From a virus: a stretch of DNA of 64,000 bases. Positions 19,592 through 29,085 of this stretch are shown here, piece after piece. The position numbers were made by a program, and so were the translations under genes. The stretch is taken from the IMG/VR virus record IMGVR_UViG_3300022890_000014, positions 1-64,000 of that record; one strand, given 5' to 3'. A model generated the notes under the pieces. That model made no database searches and was not told the origin of the DNA. It saw only the letters and a list, made by a program, of their open reading frames with translations. Within the stretch, counting starts at the first letter, position 1. Each line of letters starts with the position of its first letter.

Positions 19592-19613
19592 ATCTTTTCC
19601 TTATGCGTAAGGC

Positions 19614-20771
19614 TTACGCACTGGGAACTTCTTGGATTACTGGTGCTTCAGACATATCAATCCCACCACCGACAGATGGAATCATTGCAGCTATACCAGC
19701 TTGGTCTGGCTTAGGAAGTGAGGAAAGGATGGATACTGGATCAGATTGAATAGAATTCCAGAGTGTAGGGCCGTAGCTTGCAATGAACGTTTCTTTAGGG
19801 ATAGAACGGATCTGAGACTCAGTTACTTGAGTATCACCAAGAGTCATTGATTGTTCTGCTACCTTTGTGATATATCCACCATGAGTCGCTGCATATGGAT
19901 CGTCGATAGATTTGTCGTAGTATCTGTGGAGACCAGCAGCCTTATCAAGCTCAATCATTGCAGCGCAAGAGTTGTTAGCTCCAAGTTGATTAGCCTGCTT
20001 ATGAAGAGTCATAAATGGTGAACTGTCTATCTTGAACTCATCACAAAGGTTGAGTCTCTGAGCGATGTTCTCATCGAATCTTGAGCCGAAGCCGACACCA
20101 GCGTATTTAGCAATGGTGGGATTCATAAAGCTATCAAGTTGTCCGAACTCATCTGCTCTTGAGGCAACCTTGCATGAGAACTCAAAGCGTTCTTCTGGAG
20201 TGAATGAGTTTGCATTCTTATCTAAATACGCAGCGGCAACCTTGACTTGATCTATTTCGTGGAGAGGGTATCTATTGCGGATATTCGTGAGACCCCAGAA
20301 TCTTTTGTTACTATCAACGTTATTGTTAGTTGAAGCCACCTTTTGAATAGAAGGCATGCTGTACTCGAAGTCTTTAGCTCCTTCAACCCAAGTGTTACCC
20401 ATGCTCGGGAAGTCTTCTGCAATCTTGTGCATTGCTGGATTCACAGGGACATCCATTGCGGTTGCAGCCTTAGATATGTTTGCTCCAGCTATAGCCTGCA
20501 TTGCGTTGTTTAGTTCGCCAGCGGTTTTCATGAAGTACATGCCAGACATAAAGACCTGATTTCTATCAGACAAGGGGAAGTATTTCTTGACGCCACCAGT
20601 CTTTGTTATAAACACTAGTCCGAACTGGTCATCTCTCAGTACCTCTCTTTCCTCTGTGGAAAGAAGCTTTACAGAGGATGCTGTTTTCATAAGAGTATCT
20701 TTATCAATGTGCGCAGTAAGTTCTTTGAATATTGACAGGCCAGGGTCATCATATACATCGATTATAGACAT
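19614..20771 (-). CDS. KxA-rich head-module protein (scaffold/core-like?)
   Basis: About 12 of 24 lysines are in K-x-A; first gene of the operon containing the portal; stop supplied by the palindrome. Confidence 0.6.
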   Translation of the reverse strand: MSIIDVYDDPGLSIFKELTAHIDKDTLMKTASSVKLLSTEEREVLRDDQFGLVFITKTGGVKKYFPLSDRNQVFMSGMYFMKTAGELNNAMQAIAGANISKAATAMDVPVNPAMHKIAEDFPSMGNTWVEGAKDFEYSMPSIQKVASTNNNVDSNKRFWGLTNIRNRYPLHEIDQVKVAAAYLDKNANSFTPEERFEFSCKVASRADEFGQLDSFMNPTIAKYAGVGFGSRFDENIAQRLNLCDEFKIDSSPFMTLHKQANQLGANNSCAAMIELDKAAGLHRYYDKSIDDPYAATHGGYITKVAEQSMTLGDTQVTESQIRSIPKETFIASYGPTLWNSIQSDPVSILSSLPKPDQAGIAAMIPSVGGGIDMSEAPVIQEVPSA

Positions 20772-20807
20772 TTATTATATCTCCATTTTATTGTGGTTAA
20801 CTACACT

Positions 20808-20881
20808 ATAATACCACACAAGGATATTACTGTCACGTGTACGTGCATAACAACTAAGAATTAGGTATAAGATTAATAGAG
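20808..20881. promoter_or_regulatory. Divergent promoter pair
   Basis: TGTGGTATTAT (-, 20808-20818) and GGTATAAG-ATTAA-TAGAG (+, 20864-20881). Confidence 0.6.
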
Positions 20882-21018
20882 AAGGATTAGGCCCCTTCTT
20901 GCTCTTGTCGTTTGATAGGAGTTGGTCGCTTAAGCAACTCTGTGCGTAAAAAACACAGAGTGCTTCTTCGGCCTTGCTAGTCACAATTTTGTGGCAACAA
21001 ATGGTCGAGGAGACTATC

Positions 21019-21489
21019 ATGGATGCCAAGTCCACCGAAGAAGAAGTCCAGGCCCAGGGCCAAGAAGAAGTCCAGGCGATGTTAAAGGAAGCGATGGAGG
21101 AGGCGATAGAGGAGGCGAAAGCCTCTCTCGCAGCCTCCCCCGCAGCCTCCCCCGCAGCCGCAGCCGCAGATCAGACTCTCCAAGAATGGCTTGGAGAGAA
21201 GATAGGCCCAGAGATGGCACTTGCGTGCCACTCGCACGACGCGAAGTCCGCAGTTATAAATTGTGGGATCCTGGCAAGATTCCTCAAGGAGAACGAGGCA
21301 GACATCGTAAAAGAACACAGTGTGGAGTTGTTATTTGAATGTAAAGTAATCTGCGCGGGGTTGGCGGACTTCCACCTCTATCGCCTGCGCAGAAAAGCGT
21401 ACACCTATACCAACCGAGTCCTCTTCCAAGCCGAAGGCATTGGTGCATGGCTCAAGTTCAAATTCTACAGTTTCGTCTACGGCATCTAA
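21019..21489 (+). CDS. Hypothetical protein
   Basis: GAGGAG SD before ATG 21019; noticeably GC-richer than neighbours; AASP repeats. Confidence 0.7.
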   Translation: MDAKSTEEEVQAQGQEEVQAMLKEAMEEAIEEAKASLAASPAASPAAAAADQTLQEWLGEKIGPEMALACHSHDAKSAVINCGILARFLKENEADIVKEHSVELLFECKVICAGLADFHLYRLRRKAYTYTNRVLFQAEGIGAWLKFKFYSFVYGI

Positions 21490-21590
21490 GCCAGGCGAGA
21501 GTAGAACTTGAGACCGCTACAAAACAGCGGGATACAAATAGTTTTTTTAGCATGTATTTTTTTATTGCGTAAGCCTTACGCATGGTATAT

Positions 21591-21608
21591 GGTATAAGAG
21601 ATTTACTG
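21591..21608 (+). promoter_or_regulatory. Plus-strand promoter-like motif GGTATAAG-N5-TACTG
   Basis: 8 nt downstream of the palindrome at 21566-21582; upstream of ORF 21642. Confidence 0.5.
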
Positions 21609-21641
21609 TAAACAATTAACAAAAATAGACAAGGAGATGCT

Positions 21642-21920
21642 ATGTGCAGAATAGGAAAGATTGTAATAGAGTCGAGGAGTTCCGCTACCAATGACTGCTA
21701 CGGCTGCATAGCAGAGAACTGGGATTCCTGTAAGGAGTTTAGGAACGCCGTTGGTGGATGTGGCGAACCTGATGACAAAGCAGGTAGAATCTTTGTGTTT
21801 GTGAACTCAGGTCATAAAGCAGATCTAGTAGATGAGATCGAGAACTTGAAAGCTAAACTTAAAGATGCCGAAGTTCCCGCTAGCGCATCTAAAAGAAAAA
21901 TTGATAGGCTAAACAAATGA
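21642..21920 (+). CDS. Small Cys-rich hypothetical protein
   Basis: CYGC..C..C motif; AAGGAG SD. Confidence 0.7.
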   Translation: MCRIGKIVIESRSSATNDCYGCIAENWDSCKEFRNAVGGCGEPDDKAGRIFVFVNSGHKADLVDEIENLKAKLKDAEVPASASKRKIDRLNK

Positions 21921-22723
21921 AACGAATGACTCTCACGATAGACCCTCCAATCACTGAGCATTGTAGGGAGTGTAGCTACGAAGCATCAGTAAGCTTTACT
22001 GAACAAAGTGAATCATGTCCTGAATGCAGAAAGGCTACTGTGAATCCTGGCAGAAGAATAAAAGCTGAAGACAAACCAGTATCGGTGAATGCCATAACTA
22101 GCTCTACAAATGAAGGTATTCTAAGAACATACGTATTCAGCAATATTCCTGGGTGTGTCGATGTTGTATTTAGTTTGAAGTCTAACAATCTTATTCCTAC
22201 AGAAGATCCACTTAATGTGATAAACGAGATTATTTTCGCTCTGGATATAGTCTTTACGCACAAAGATCATAACAAGGCAGCTATGGTCCAAAGAGTCTTA
22301 TCATCCGATAGCGAAATTGCCAGACAGAAGAAGTTGAGATTCAAGCAAAGAAAACTCGATCTTGAGGAGGAAATCTACCGACTAAATGAAGAGTTCCAGT
22401 GTTACTGCAAGAGTGATACTGCACTAGAGAAGTTCAAGATCGAAGGAAGAACTCGGTTCGCTGCCATGCAAGATATACTTGTTATGTGTACTGATTCACC
22501 CAACGACATCATCTCAATTCTGAGAGAAGTTCCAGATCAAAGCCAAGCAAGAAGGCTGATGAACAGAGTGTTCTGGGAAGACTCTTTGAATATTGTGGCC
22601 GGAAATGTTGTTGGCTCCCTTGAAGGAATGGGCCTTACTATGGCATTTATAGATGTAATGAAGGAGAGATTTACTAATCAAGAAGATGTTATCGAAGAAA
22701 TCCGAAAGATGTACCAAGACTAA
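21917..22723 (+). CDS. Hypothetical protein with N-terminal Zn ribbon
   Basis: CREC...CPEC; ATGA overlap with the upstream gene. Confidence 0.75.
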   Translation: MKRMTLTIDPPITEHCRECSYEASVSFTEQSESCPECRKATVNPGRRIKAEDKPVSVNAITSSTNEGILRTYVFSNIPGCVDVVFSLKSNNLIPTEDPLNVINEIIFALDIVFTHKDHNKAAMVQRVLSSDSEIARQKKLRFKQRKLDLEEEIYRLNEEFQCYCKSDTALEKFKIEGRTRFAAMQDILVMCTDSPNDIISILREVPDQSQARRLMNRVFWEDSLNIVAGNVVGSLEGMGLTMAFIDVMKERFTNQEDVIEEIRKMYQD

Positions 22724-22754
22724 CTGCGTAAGCCTTACGCAAACGGAGATAGAT

Positions 22755-23450
22755 ATGCCATTTGATGTCTTTGAACACCACAAACTATTCTTGTTCGATG
22801 AGCTAAACGATACAGCTAAAGAGGCTGCCATCATGGAGTATCGGTACGACTTTCAGGATTTCGATTTCCTTATGTATAATGATTGGTTCTTCAACTTTTC
22901 TGAAGATGAATGGAAGTCTGTCATGTCGGAAATCAGAATGCCTGAAGACACTGTTCAGCCTGAACGAATACTCAAATGGGACAGAATCTCATCAGCATCC
23001 ATGATGGTTCCATCTATGGAACTTAAGGGAGTAAGTATTGATGGTGATGCCCTGGAAATGTTCTATAAGATCATAGGCATACATGGCACTGTTTTGGCCG
23101 ACGACAGTGTATCGGAAATTAAATTTGTATCAAATGTGTTTAGAAATTCGGCCACGAATATTGAATTTGAGCTAGATGATTATGACTTTACAGAAGATAA
23201 AGTTGAGCAAATCGAGAAACTTAAAAGATCTGCTAAGGTAAAGTTTGAAGAGCATTTCATGCTTAGGGCTGCAAGAGCTATGAGGGATAGCTATGATGAT
23301 ATGACTAGTGATGAGTATGTTGCTAACGAACTCATAGAAAGAGAGATTGTGTTCTATGTGGATGGATGCGTCGGAAACTTCAAATGGGACACAAAAGAGT
23401 TGATAGAAACAACCAAGATAACTAAGATAGAGGATCTAGAGGTAATGTAA
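22755..23450 (+). CDS. Acidic hypothetical protein
   Basis: GGAG SD before ATG 22755 (MPFDVF...); the ORF-track start runs through the palindrome and is unlikely. Confidence 0.7.
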   Translation: MPFDVFEHHKLFLFDELNDTAKEAAIMEYRYDFQDFDFLMYNDWFFNFSEDEWKSVMSEIRMPEDTVQPERILKWDRISSASMMVPSMELKGVSIDGDALEMFYKIIGIHGTVLADDSVSEIKFVSNVFRNSATNIEFELDDYDFTEDKVEQIEKLKRSAKVKFEEHFMLRAARAMRDSYDDMTSDEYVANELIEREIVFYVDGCVGNFKWDTKELIETTKITKIEDLEVM

Positions 23451-23794
23451 TGAACGAGAGGTTCGGTGAGATGCTTTGTAGGATTAGGCTACAGTTTGGA
23501 TTCTCTGCCATATTCATAGCTAGAACCATAGGGTTCACCAGAGGGTATATATGTGATGTTGAGAAAGGCAACAAGACACCTAGTCCTAACTGGCTAATCA
23601 AAGTCGCAGGTATCTTGAATCCGTCCACTAAAGATATAGAAAAACTTGGACACTTGCTCGTATCAGAAAGACAAAAGTTCCATTTCTTGTGTGCTGGTAA
23701 AACCCAAAGTGAGATTGAATTCATAAAGGATTTGCATGGACTTTGGTGCAAAGGAGAGATTAAGAAGTCTGATATAGAGGCTTTGTTGGAGTAG
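23450..23794 (+). CDS. XRE-family helix-turn-helix protein
   Basis: FGEMLCRIRLQFGFS...IARTIGFTRGYICDVEKGNKTPS. Confidence 0.8.
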   Translation: MNERFGEMLCRIRLQFGFSAIFIARTIGFTRGYICDVEKGNKTPSPNWLIKVAGILNPSTKDIEKLGHLLVSERQKFHFLCAGKTQSEIEFIKDLHGLWCKGEIKKSDIEALLE

Positions 23795-23799
23795 GTGTA

Positions 23800-24262
23800 T
23801 CACTCGGAATCTATTGTTCAGATGGGTTCTGAGTCACCTATTTCTTCTGGAGGATATTTTTTAGAAAATAGTCTGGTTCGCCACGAACAGCCAGGGTGGT
23901 TCATTTTGTGAGTTTGTTCTGAATAGCTAATATGTACTGACATGACTACAATAGAGCTATTTAGTTATTGATTCTTGAAGTCAATTACTTTATAGGTCGT
24001 GGCGTTTGGTCAGTCCAAGTTTTCTTTCTTATCATAGACACCATCTTGCTCTCTCCATACTTGCTGCATCCTGGTGGCTGAGTTTTACCACTTCTGAATA
24101 CATAGGGGTTGCCAAAAATAACCACAGCACTGTTCCGTTGGTGACTACTTACTCTCTTCCTTGTAGGACAGCACTATCGGATTGTAAACGATCCACGTAT
24201 AGATGGTTTCATTATCCGTACTGTCCGGTGAGTGGGAATCTTCAATGCAGTCATAGATCCCC
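23800..24262 (-). ncRNA. Candidate structured RNA (unassigned)
   Basis: Mostly ORF-free, with several long helices on the minus strand; boundaries approximate. Confidence 0.3.
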
Positions 24263-24794
24263 CTCTAAATGCTACTAGTGCGGTTAGATTGGAATTGCTA
24301 GTTCCTAGCTTATCTAGTGCAGCTTTTGCAGCGACTATAACCACAGTAGTCACGACAATGCCTACTCCTACGCCTATTAAGACGAAGGTGATACGCTGAC
24401 CTTTATACTTGCTAACTAAAGCTCTTTGTCTTTCCACTTCTCCAGCATGTAAGACTAAAGACTTGGCCTGCTTATCTATTACAATCTTGGCCTTTTTTGC
24501 TACGGTAGCACTAGCAACGGCAGCTTTCTTTGCAGCAACCGCTCTTGTCTTCCATAGTTCAATGAGCGTATCCTTTGTCTTGCTCTGCTGTTTAAGGCCA
24601 GGCACTATTCCTCGGAGTCCATTAAGTTCTGTTTTATCTAGAAGAATCTTTCTGCCAGTTTCAAGAGAGAAGCAGTACGAGTCTGCCTTCTTTCCTCTTC
24701 TTGCTTTGATACAGATTCCTTTTCTTGCTGAATGTGCATTTGTTGATATGGCAAAAGCCAAAATCATTGCGATTAGAAATATAAGTTTCTTCAT
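24174..24794 (-). CDS. Secreted/membrane protein, spanin-like
   Basis: Signal peptide MKKLIFLIAMILAFAIS, coiled segment, C-terminal TM helix. Confidence 0.55.
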   Translation of the reverse strand: MKKLIFLIAMILAFAISTNAHSARKGICIKARRGKKADSYCFSLETGRKILLDKTELNGLRGIVPGLKQQSKTKDTLIELWKTRAVAAKKAAVASATVAKKAKIVIDKQAKSLVLHAGEVERQRALVSKYKGQRITFVLIGVGVGIVVTTVVIVAAKAALDKLGTSNSNLTALVAFRGGSMTALKIPTHRTVRIMKPSIRGSFTIR

Positions 24795-24865
24795 ATCTAT
24801 GTCCTTGCGTAAGCCTTACGCATAGTGTATTCCGTTAATGTCGATTGTGTCAATTCTTCTCATTT

Positions 24866-25297
24866 TCAGTAACCTTCCTTTTTGAGTTGTTCAAGAACCT
24901 TATCTTCCGACATTTTCTTAACTTTATCAACAGCTTTCTTTGCTGTTCTTTCCATTGACATAATCTCTTTAGTGGCTACCTGAGAGTTTTTTGTCAACAG
25001 ATTTATCTGTCTTATAGTTTCTTGTTCTATATGTGCAAGTATTGCATTGGCTTCTTCTGCCTTCTTGACAGCCTTGTTGTACTCCACTTTTGACTTCTCT
25101 ATAGCTATACGAGACTTTGTAAGCAGTCTAGACTGATATGCATTGCATGACCACTGCCAGCCATTGCTACCAAGCGACATAGTGAGTAGTATGAACAAGA
25201 CGATTACTTTAGGGCTTGAGAAAAAGTATAGTAATGCAGGTGAAATATATGACCAGATGATTCCAATAATGCTCTTTGTATTTTCCATGTTATCCAT
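24866..25297 (-). CDS. i-spanin-like protein
   Basis: N-terminal TM helix followed by a long coiled coil. Confidence 0.55.
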   Translation of the reverse strand: MDNMENTKSIIGIIWSYISPALLYFFSSPKVIVLFILLTMSLGSNGWQWSCNAYQSRLLTKSRIAIEKSKVEYNKAVKKAEEANAILAHIEQETIRQINLLTKNSQVATKEIMSMERTAKKAVDKVKKMSEDKVLEQLKKEGY

Positions 25298-25360
25298 GAC
25301 TGACTCCTTTGTTGATTTCTTATATAGTACACCATAACAGCAGGAGTAGTCAAGGTGTTT

Positions 25361-26095
25361 CTAAAATAGGTCAGGTTTAGTTTTTTTCTTCCTAGGTCTT
25401 CTGTCAAGCCCACTTGGTATCTTTATTCCTTCTGGCTCTGGCGTGTCGTCGTCTATCTCTTCGGTGACAATTGGCTCACTAGTAGGTTTATAATTTTTAT
25501 CTCCAGATATTTTTCTCTCTCCAGCGGTAGTTAGTCTGTTTAGTATTCCAGAAAATGATCCTTTCTTGCTTCCAGCTTCTATGTCTTTACTAAAGAAAAA
25601 CAGGAGAGCGAATACTAGAAGTCCAACAACTTCCCACATTTGTAATGGGTAGAACTTGACATCCTGAATATGCATCCATGCTCTTGTCTTCTTAGATTCC
25701 GTAGTCTTCTTTGGGTAGTATTTTGCCCTTGTTTTTATCTTTACGTACCCGTTTCTTTTGGATACCTGCTCAGTGTTGATAGAGTTGGCTATACTTATCT
25801 CTGGGCCTAGCTTCAGTCCTTTGACCTCCATACCACCTAGAAACATACGTGCTATGACTGCGAGTGAGCCAAGCACGAACATTGTTCTCGATGAGGAGAA
25901 TCTTACTCTGACTACGACTCCATCTTGAATCTCAGAGTAAAAGAATAGACCTTTGAATATAGTCCTAGGAAGAAATAATAGCTCCATAAACATAGAGGCT
26001 AAGGATGCAATAAGTCCAAGTATACACTTCTTTACTTTCTTAGCATACTTGCTTGTCGTTTTCTGGATATAGGTATACCACTTGGTTTTGCTCAC
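25361..26095 (-). CDS. Multi-pass membrane protein (holin-like?)
   Basis: Three hydrophobic segments and a basic C-terminus; adjacent to spanin-like genes. Confidence 0.5.
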   Translation of the reverse strand: MSKTKWYTYIQKTTSKYAKKVKKCILGLIASLASMFMELLFLPRTIFKGLFFYSEIQDGVVVRVRFSSSRTMFVLGSLAVIARMFLGGMEVKGLKLGPEISIANSINTEQVSKRNGYVKIKTRAKYYPKKTTESKKTRAWMHIQDVKFYPLQMWEVVGLLVFALLFFFSKDIEAGSKKGSFSGILNRLTTAGERKISGDKNYKPTSEPIVTEEIDDDTPEPEGIKIPSGLDRRPRKKKTKPDLF

Positions 26096-26117
26096 AACAC
26101 TATTCCTTGCGTAAGGC

Positions 26118-26966
26118 TTACGCGATGGTTGTTAATTCTTTATTGGTTACTGCCGGTACAGCGAAGGTCTTTGACAGGCTGGATGCTGGTATCTCGATTC
26201 TGACACGTTGGGTTTGTGTTAGTTCTATTTGGAAGAATCCAGAGTTGTTCGATCTAGTAGATCTTCTTTTATTATCTATTACATCGTTATCTGAAGAAAC
26301 TATGTCTAGTGGATACGCATGCACTTCAGAGTTCTTTATAGGATCTCCTGATGCATTAACTGTATATCCCCACAAGACACATTTGTTTGGAGAAGACGGA
26401 GACCTAATAAGGTTCCTTTGGGCGACTATTGTATCTGTAGTAGTAGCTCCTGACACAACAAGTTCGTATGGTGTGCCAGAAAAATCATGAAGCTTCTTGA
26501 AAGGCACTAGCTGATACGTCCCAGGATTAAGCCCAAAGATAACAGATCCAGACTGGAGGGTTTTAACAACCCCGAATATAACAGTCTGTGTTTCATTCTG
26601 GATGCTTATCTCTACATTCTCAACTGGATCTGCATCTTGATCCTCTACGGATATTGTAACCATAGATGTTCCGAGAGGAATCAGCATATCATCTATATCC
26701 ACAGAGTTAACTATGAATACAGATTCAAAAGCAAGCTCCATAGTGGTTCTTCTGACACCAACGAACCACACGCCTACTGAATCTGGTGTATAAGAAGCTA
26801 CATAGTGACCCGAACCAATCTCTGACACTACAACGGCTACAGCACTAGCTACACCGTTTTTATATACATACTTAACAAAGTCAGTATTAGTTAGGCCCAC
26901 CACTGGTGCTAATGCTACGAACACGCTGAAGACATACTTTATTTCATTGCCTGCTTTTGTGTTCAT
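26118..26966 (-). CDS. Virion structural protein with prealbumin/carboxypeptidase-regulatory-like beta domains
   Basis: Paralog of 27662-28552 (shared LNPG.Y, SP..PN.C...G, G.F..EL); stop supplied by the palindrome. Confidence 0.65.
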   Translation of the reverse strand: MNTKAGNEIKYVFSVFVALAPVVGLTNTDFVKYVYKNGVASAVAVVVSEIGSGHYVASYTPDSVGVWFVGVRRTTMELAFESVFIVNSVDIDDMLIPLGTSMVTISVEDQDADPVENVEISIQNETQTVIFGVVKTLQSGSVIFGLNPGTYQLVPFKKLHDFSGTPYELVVSGATTTDTIVAQRNLIRSPSSPNKCVLWGYTVNASGDPIKNSEVHAYPLDIVSSDNDVIDNKRRSTRSNNSGFFQIELTQTQRVRIEIPASSLSKTFAVPAVTNKELTTIA

Positions 26967-27295
26967 ACCAGTTTCACCTTAGCCATCTCAGCTTCGTTTA
27001 TTTTCAATAGGGCTACTGCTTCATTTAAGCCTTCTTTAGCTCCCTCTTTAACATCAGGCCATACGCCTTTTGCTTCATGAGCTATACCCTTAAACCCTTC
27101 GGCTAATCCAGGTACGCTCATTCCAGCTAGCCCACCACCGATACCAAAAAGTATTCCTCTAAGAATATCAGAGTCGTCTTCGTCTCCAGTATATACACCA
27201 AGCGCCGCGCCACCAGCTACCCCAGGTATCATACCGTATAGCATTCTTTCGGTAAGACCTGTTATTGGTTTCATTGTTGGAGAACTCATATTCAA
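26963..27295 (-). CDS. Glycine-zipper membrane protein
   Basis: GVAGGAALG..DEDD..LRGILFGIGGGLAG, same architecture as 10380-10922. Confidence 0.65.
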   Translation of the reverse strand: MNMSSPTMKPITGLTERMLYGMIPGVAGGAALGVYTGDEDDSDILRGILFGIGGGLAGMSVPGLAEGFKGIAHEAKGVWPDVKEGAKEGLNEAVALLKINEAEMAKVKLV

Positions 27296-27322
27296 TCCTT
27301 ATGCGTAAGGCTTACGCAGGGC

Positions 27323-27649
27323 TTAGGAAAGTGCAACGCCACCACCAACACCAGTTCCGACAGCGCCAACACCGGCTGTGACGCCACCTGTAATCTTTAA
27401 CTTCTTTTTCATTTCTGGAGTCATCTTGCTAAACTCAGACTTAACACCCTTGCCTATCTGTTTTATCTTACCAATAGTTCTTCCGACCAAACCAGGAGCG
27501 TCCTTTCCCATATGCTCCACGGCAGCACCATATGCTCTACTTCCACCTTTCCCTCCTCTAACTAGCTTGCCGAGTGCAGTACCTATACCAGTGAACGCGT
27601 CAGCTTGCTTAGTCATGCCTAGAAAGATTCCTTGATACATCTCATCCAT
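27323..27649 (-). CDS. Small Gly-rich protein with GMTKQA leader
   Basis: MDEMYQGIFLGMTKQAD. Confidence 0.75.
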   Translation of the reverse strand: MDEMYQGIFLGMTKQADAFTGIGTALGKLVRGGKGGSRAYGAAVEHMGKDAPGLVGRTIGKIKQIGKGVKSEFSKMTPEMKKKLKITGGVTAGVGAVGTGVGGGVALS

Positions 27650-27661
27650 TACAACTCTTCC

Positions 27662-28552
27662 TTATAGTAACGATGTTAGTGCAGCAGATACTTGATCTGG
27701 CACTGTCACCTTTTTGTTTATTCCCGATCTCTCAATCGAGATTGTTACGCTCATGTTTCTTACAAGTTCTACCTCGAAATAGCCGTCTTCATCAGGCTTA
27801 GTTCTTGAGGTGTCGTTTGTATAGATTCTTCCATCAACTACAGACGTAGACCTTCCTCTTTGAGCAAGTATAATAACTGGGTCAGGAGATGTACCATCAT
27901 CCACAGCCCCTTCAATATCATAAATGCTTCCGTATATTACGCAGAGGTTTGGTGCTGTCGGAGAACTAGGAATCACTGATGTTCCTGAGAATGTAGCCGT
28001 TTCTGCTGTTGGGCCAACAACTGTCAGTGTCTCTGGAGTAGTAAACGAAACGCGACTCTTGCGAATGAGAACCTTATATATGCCAGGATTGAGAGATAGA
28101 ACTACTTGTCCAGATGAATTTGTTGAGTTTGACCAAAGCAAAGTTGTCATTCCAGAATCCCATATGTCAACCTGAGTATTAGCTAGGTTAATTGGTATCT
28201 GGTCATTGACAGTTAATGTAACCATAACGTTGCCAGGGTCTTTAGCCTTGACAGTGTATGAGTACAATATGTCGTCGAACGTTGCACCGGACAAGTATAT
28301 ATTTAGTACTCCATCGAATGCAGTAACGGTTCCATCTAAGATTAGTTTATAGAAACCATCAGCGATCTCTGTGAAGTTAACACCGTTTAGCGTGAACGTA
28401 TTGAATGGTGCTTCACCGTCTCTGGAATACTTACAGAAAGCTATATCAGAGAATGTTTTCCCAGTTACGGGAACTCCCGACGCATCAAGAAGTGCAACTA
28501 TAATAATTGAACTATCACCCTGAAATATGGCTCCTTTGTATAGCTCTCTCAT
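27662..28552 (-). CDS. Virion structural protein, paralog of 26118-26966
   Basis: Beta-rich, with shared motifs. Confidence 0.65.
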   Translation of the reverse strand: MRELYKGAIFQGDSSIIIVALLDASGVPVTGKTFSDIAFCKYSRDGEAPFNTFTLNGVNFTEIADGFYKLILDGTVTAFDGVLNIYLSGATFDDILYSYTVKAKDPGNVMVTLTVNDQIPINLANTQVDIWDSGMTTLLWSNSTNSSGQVVLSLNPGIYKVLIRKSRVSFTTPETLTVVGPTAETATFSGTSVIPSSPTAPNLCVIYGSIYDIEGAVDDGTSPDPVIILAQRGRSTSVVDGRIYTNDTSRTKPDEDGYFEVELVRNMSVTISIERSGINKKVTVPDQVSAALTSLL

Positions 28553-28560
28553 TGTAGTTC

Positions 28561-29001
28561 CTATTTATATGTGCTATTGAACCATTGGTCGATTTCTTCT
28601 GACTGCTTGACTTCAACAGCAGAACCAAAGGTAATCTTGCTACTAGCCAAGAAAAAGATGTTTCTGTCTTTATCATAGGCGATACACACCATTCCATAGT
28701 TATCGTCATGCTTTCGACTTCCAAGGAATCTCATCTTACCTCTGACGTGCCAACACTTTTTGACGCATTTAGGTAACTCGCCTTTGACTTCATCAGAAAC
28801 AAAGAGCCTCATCCCAGGAAGGATATAGGAGGCGAACTTTTCAAAGAGGTTGACTTCTTTCTCTTCCACTTCGGCTTCGACCTTGACCTCTTCGACTGCT
28901 AATTCGGTAACATTAACTTCCACCTTTTCTTCGACCATATCTTCAAATGGATCTACTTTTTCTTCTTCGACCACTTCAACTTCTTCGTCGTCATCAAACA
29001 T
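28561..29001 (-). CDS. Hypothetical protein with Glu/Val-rich N-terminus
   Basis: 146 aa; the acidic tract ends at EKFA. Confidence 0.7.
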   Translation of the reverse strand: MFDDDEEVEVVEEEKVDPFEDMVEEKVEVNVTELAVEEVKVEAEVEEKEVNLFEKFASYILPGMRLFVSDEVKGELPKCVKKCWHVRGKMRFLGSRKHDDNYGMVCIAYDKDRNIFFLASSKITFGSAVEVKQSEEIDQWFNSTYK

Positions 29002-29085
29002 ATTCTGTCTCCAATTTGTACACTTAAGATAGATGCGTAAGCCTTACGCACGACTAGCATGCGCAAAGCTTTAGCAAAATAAGTT

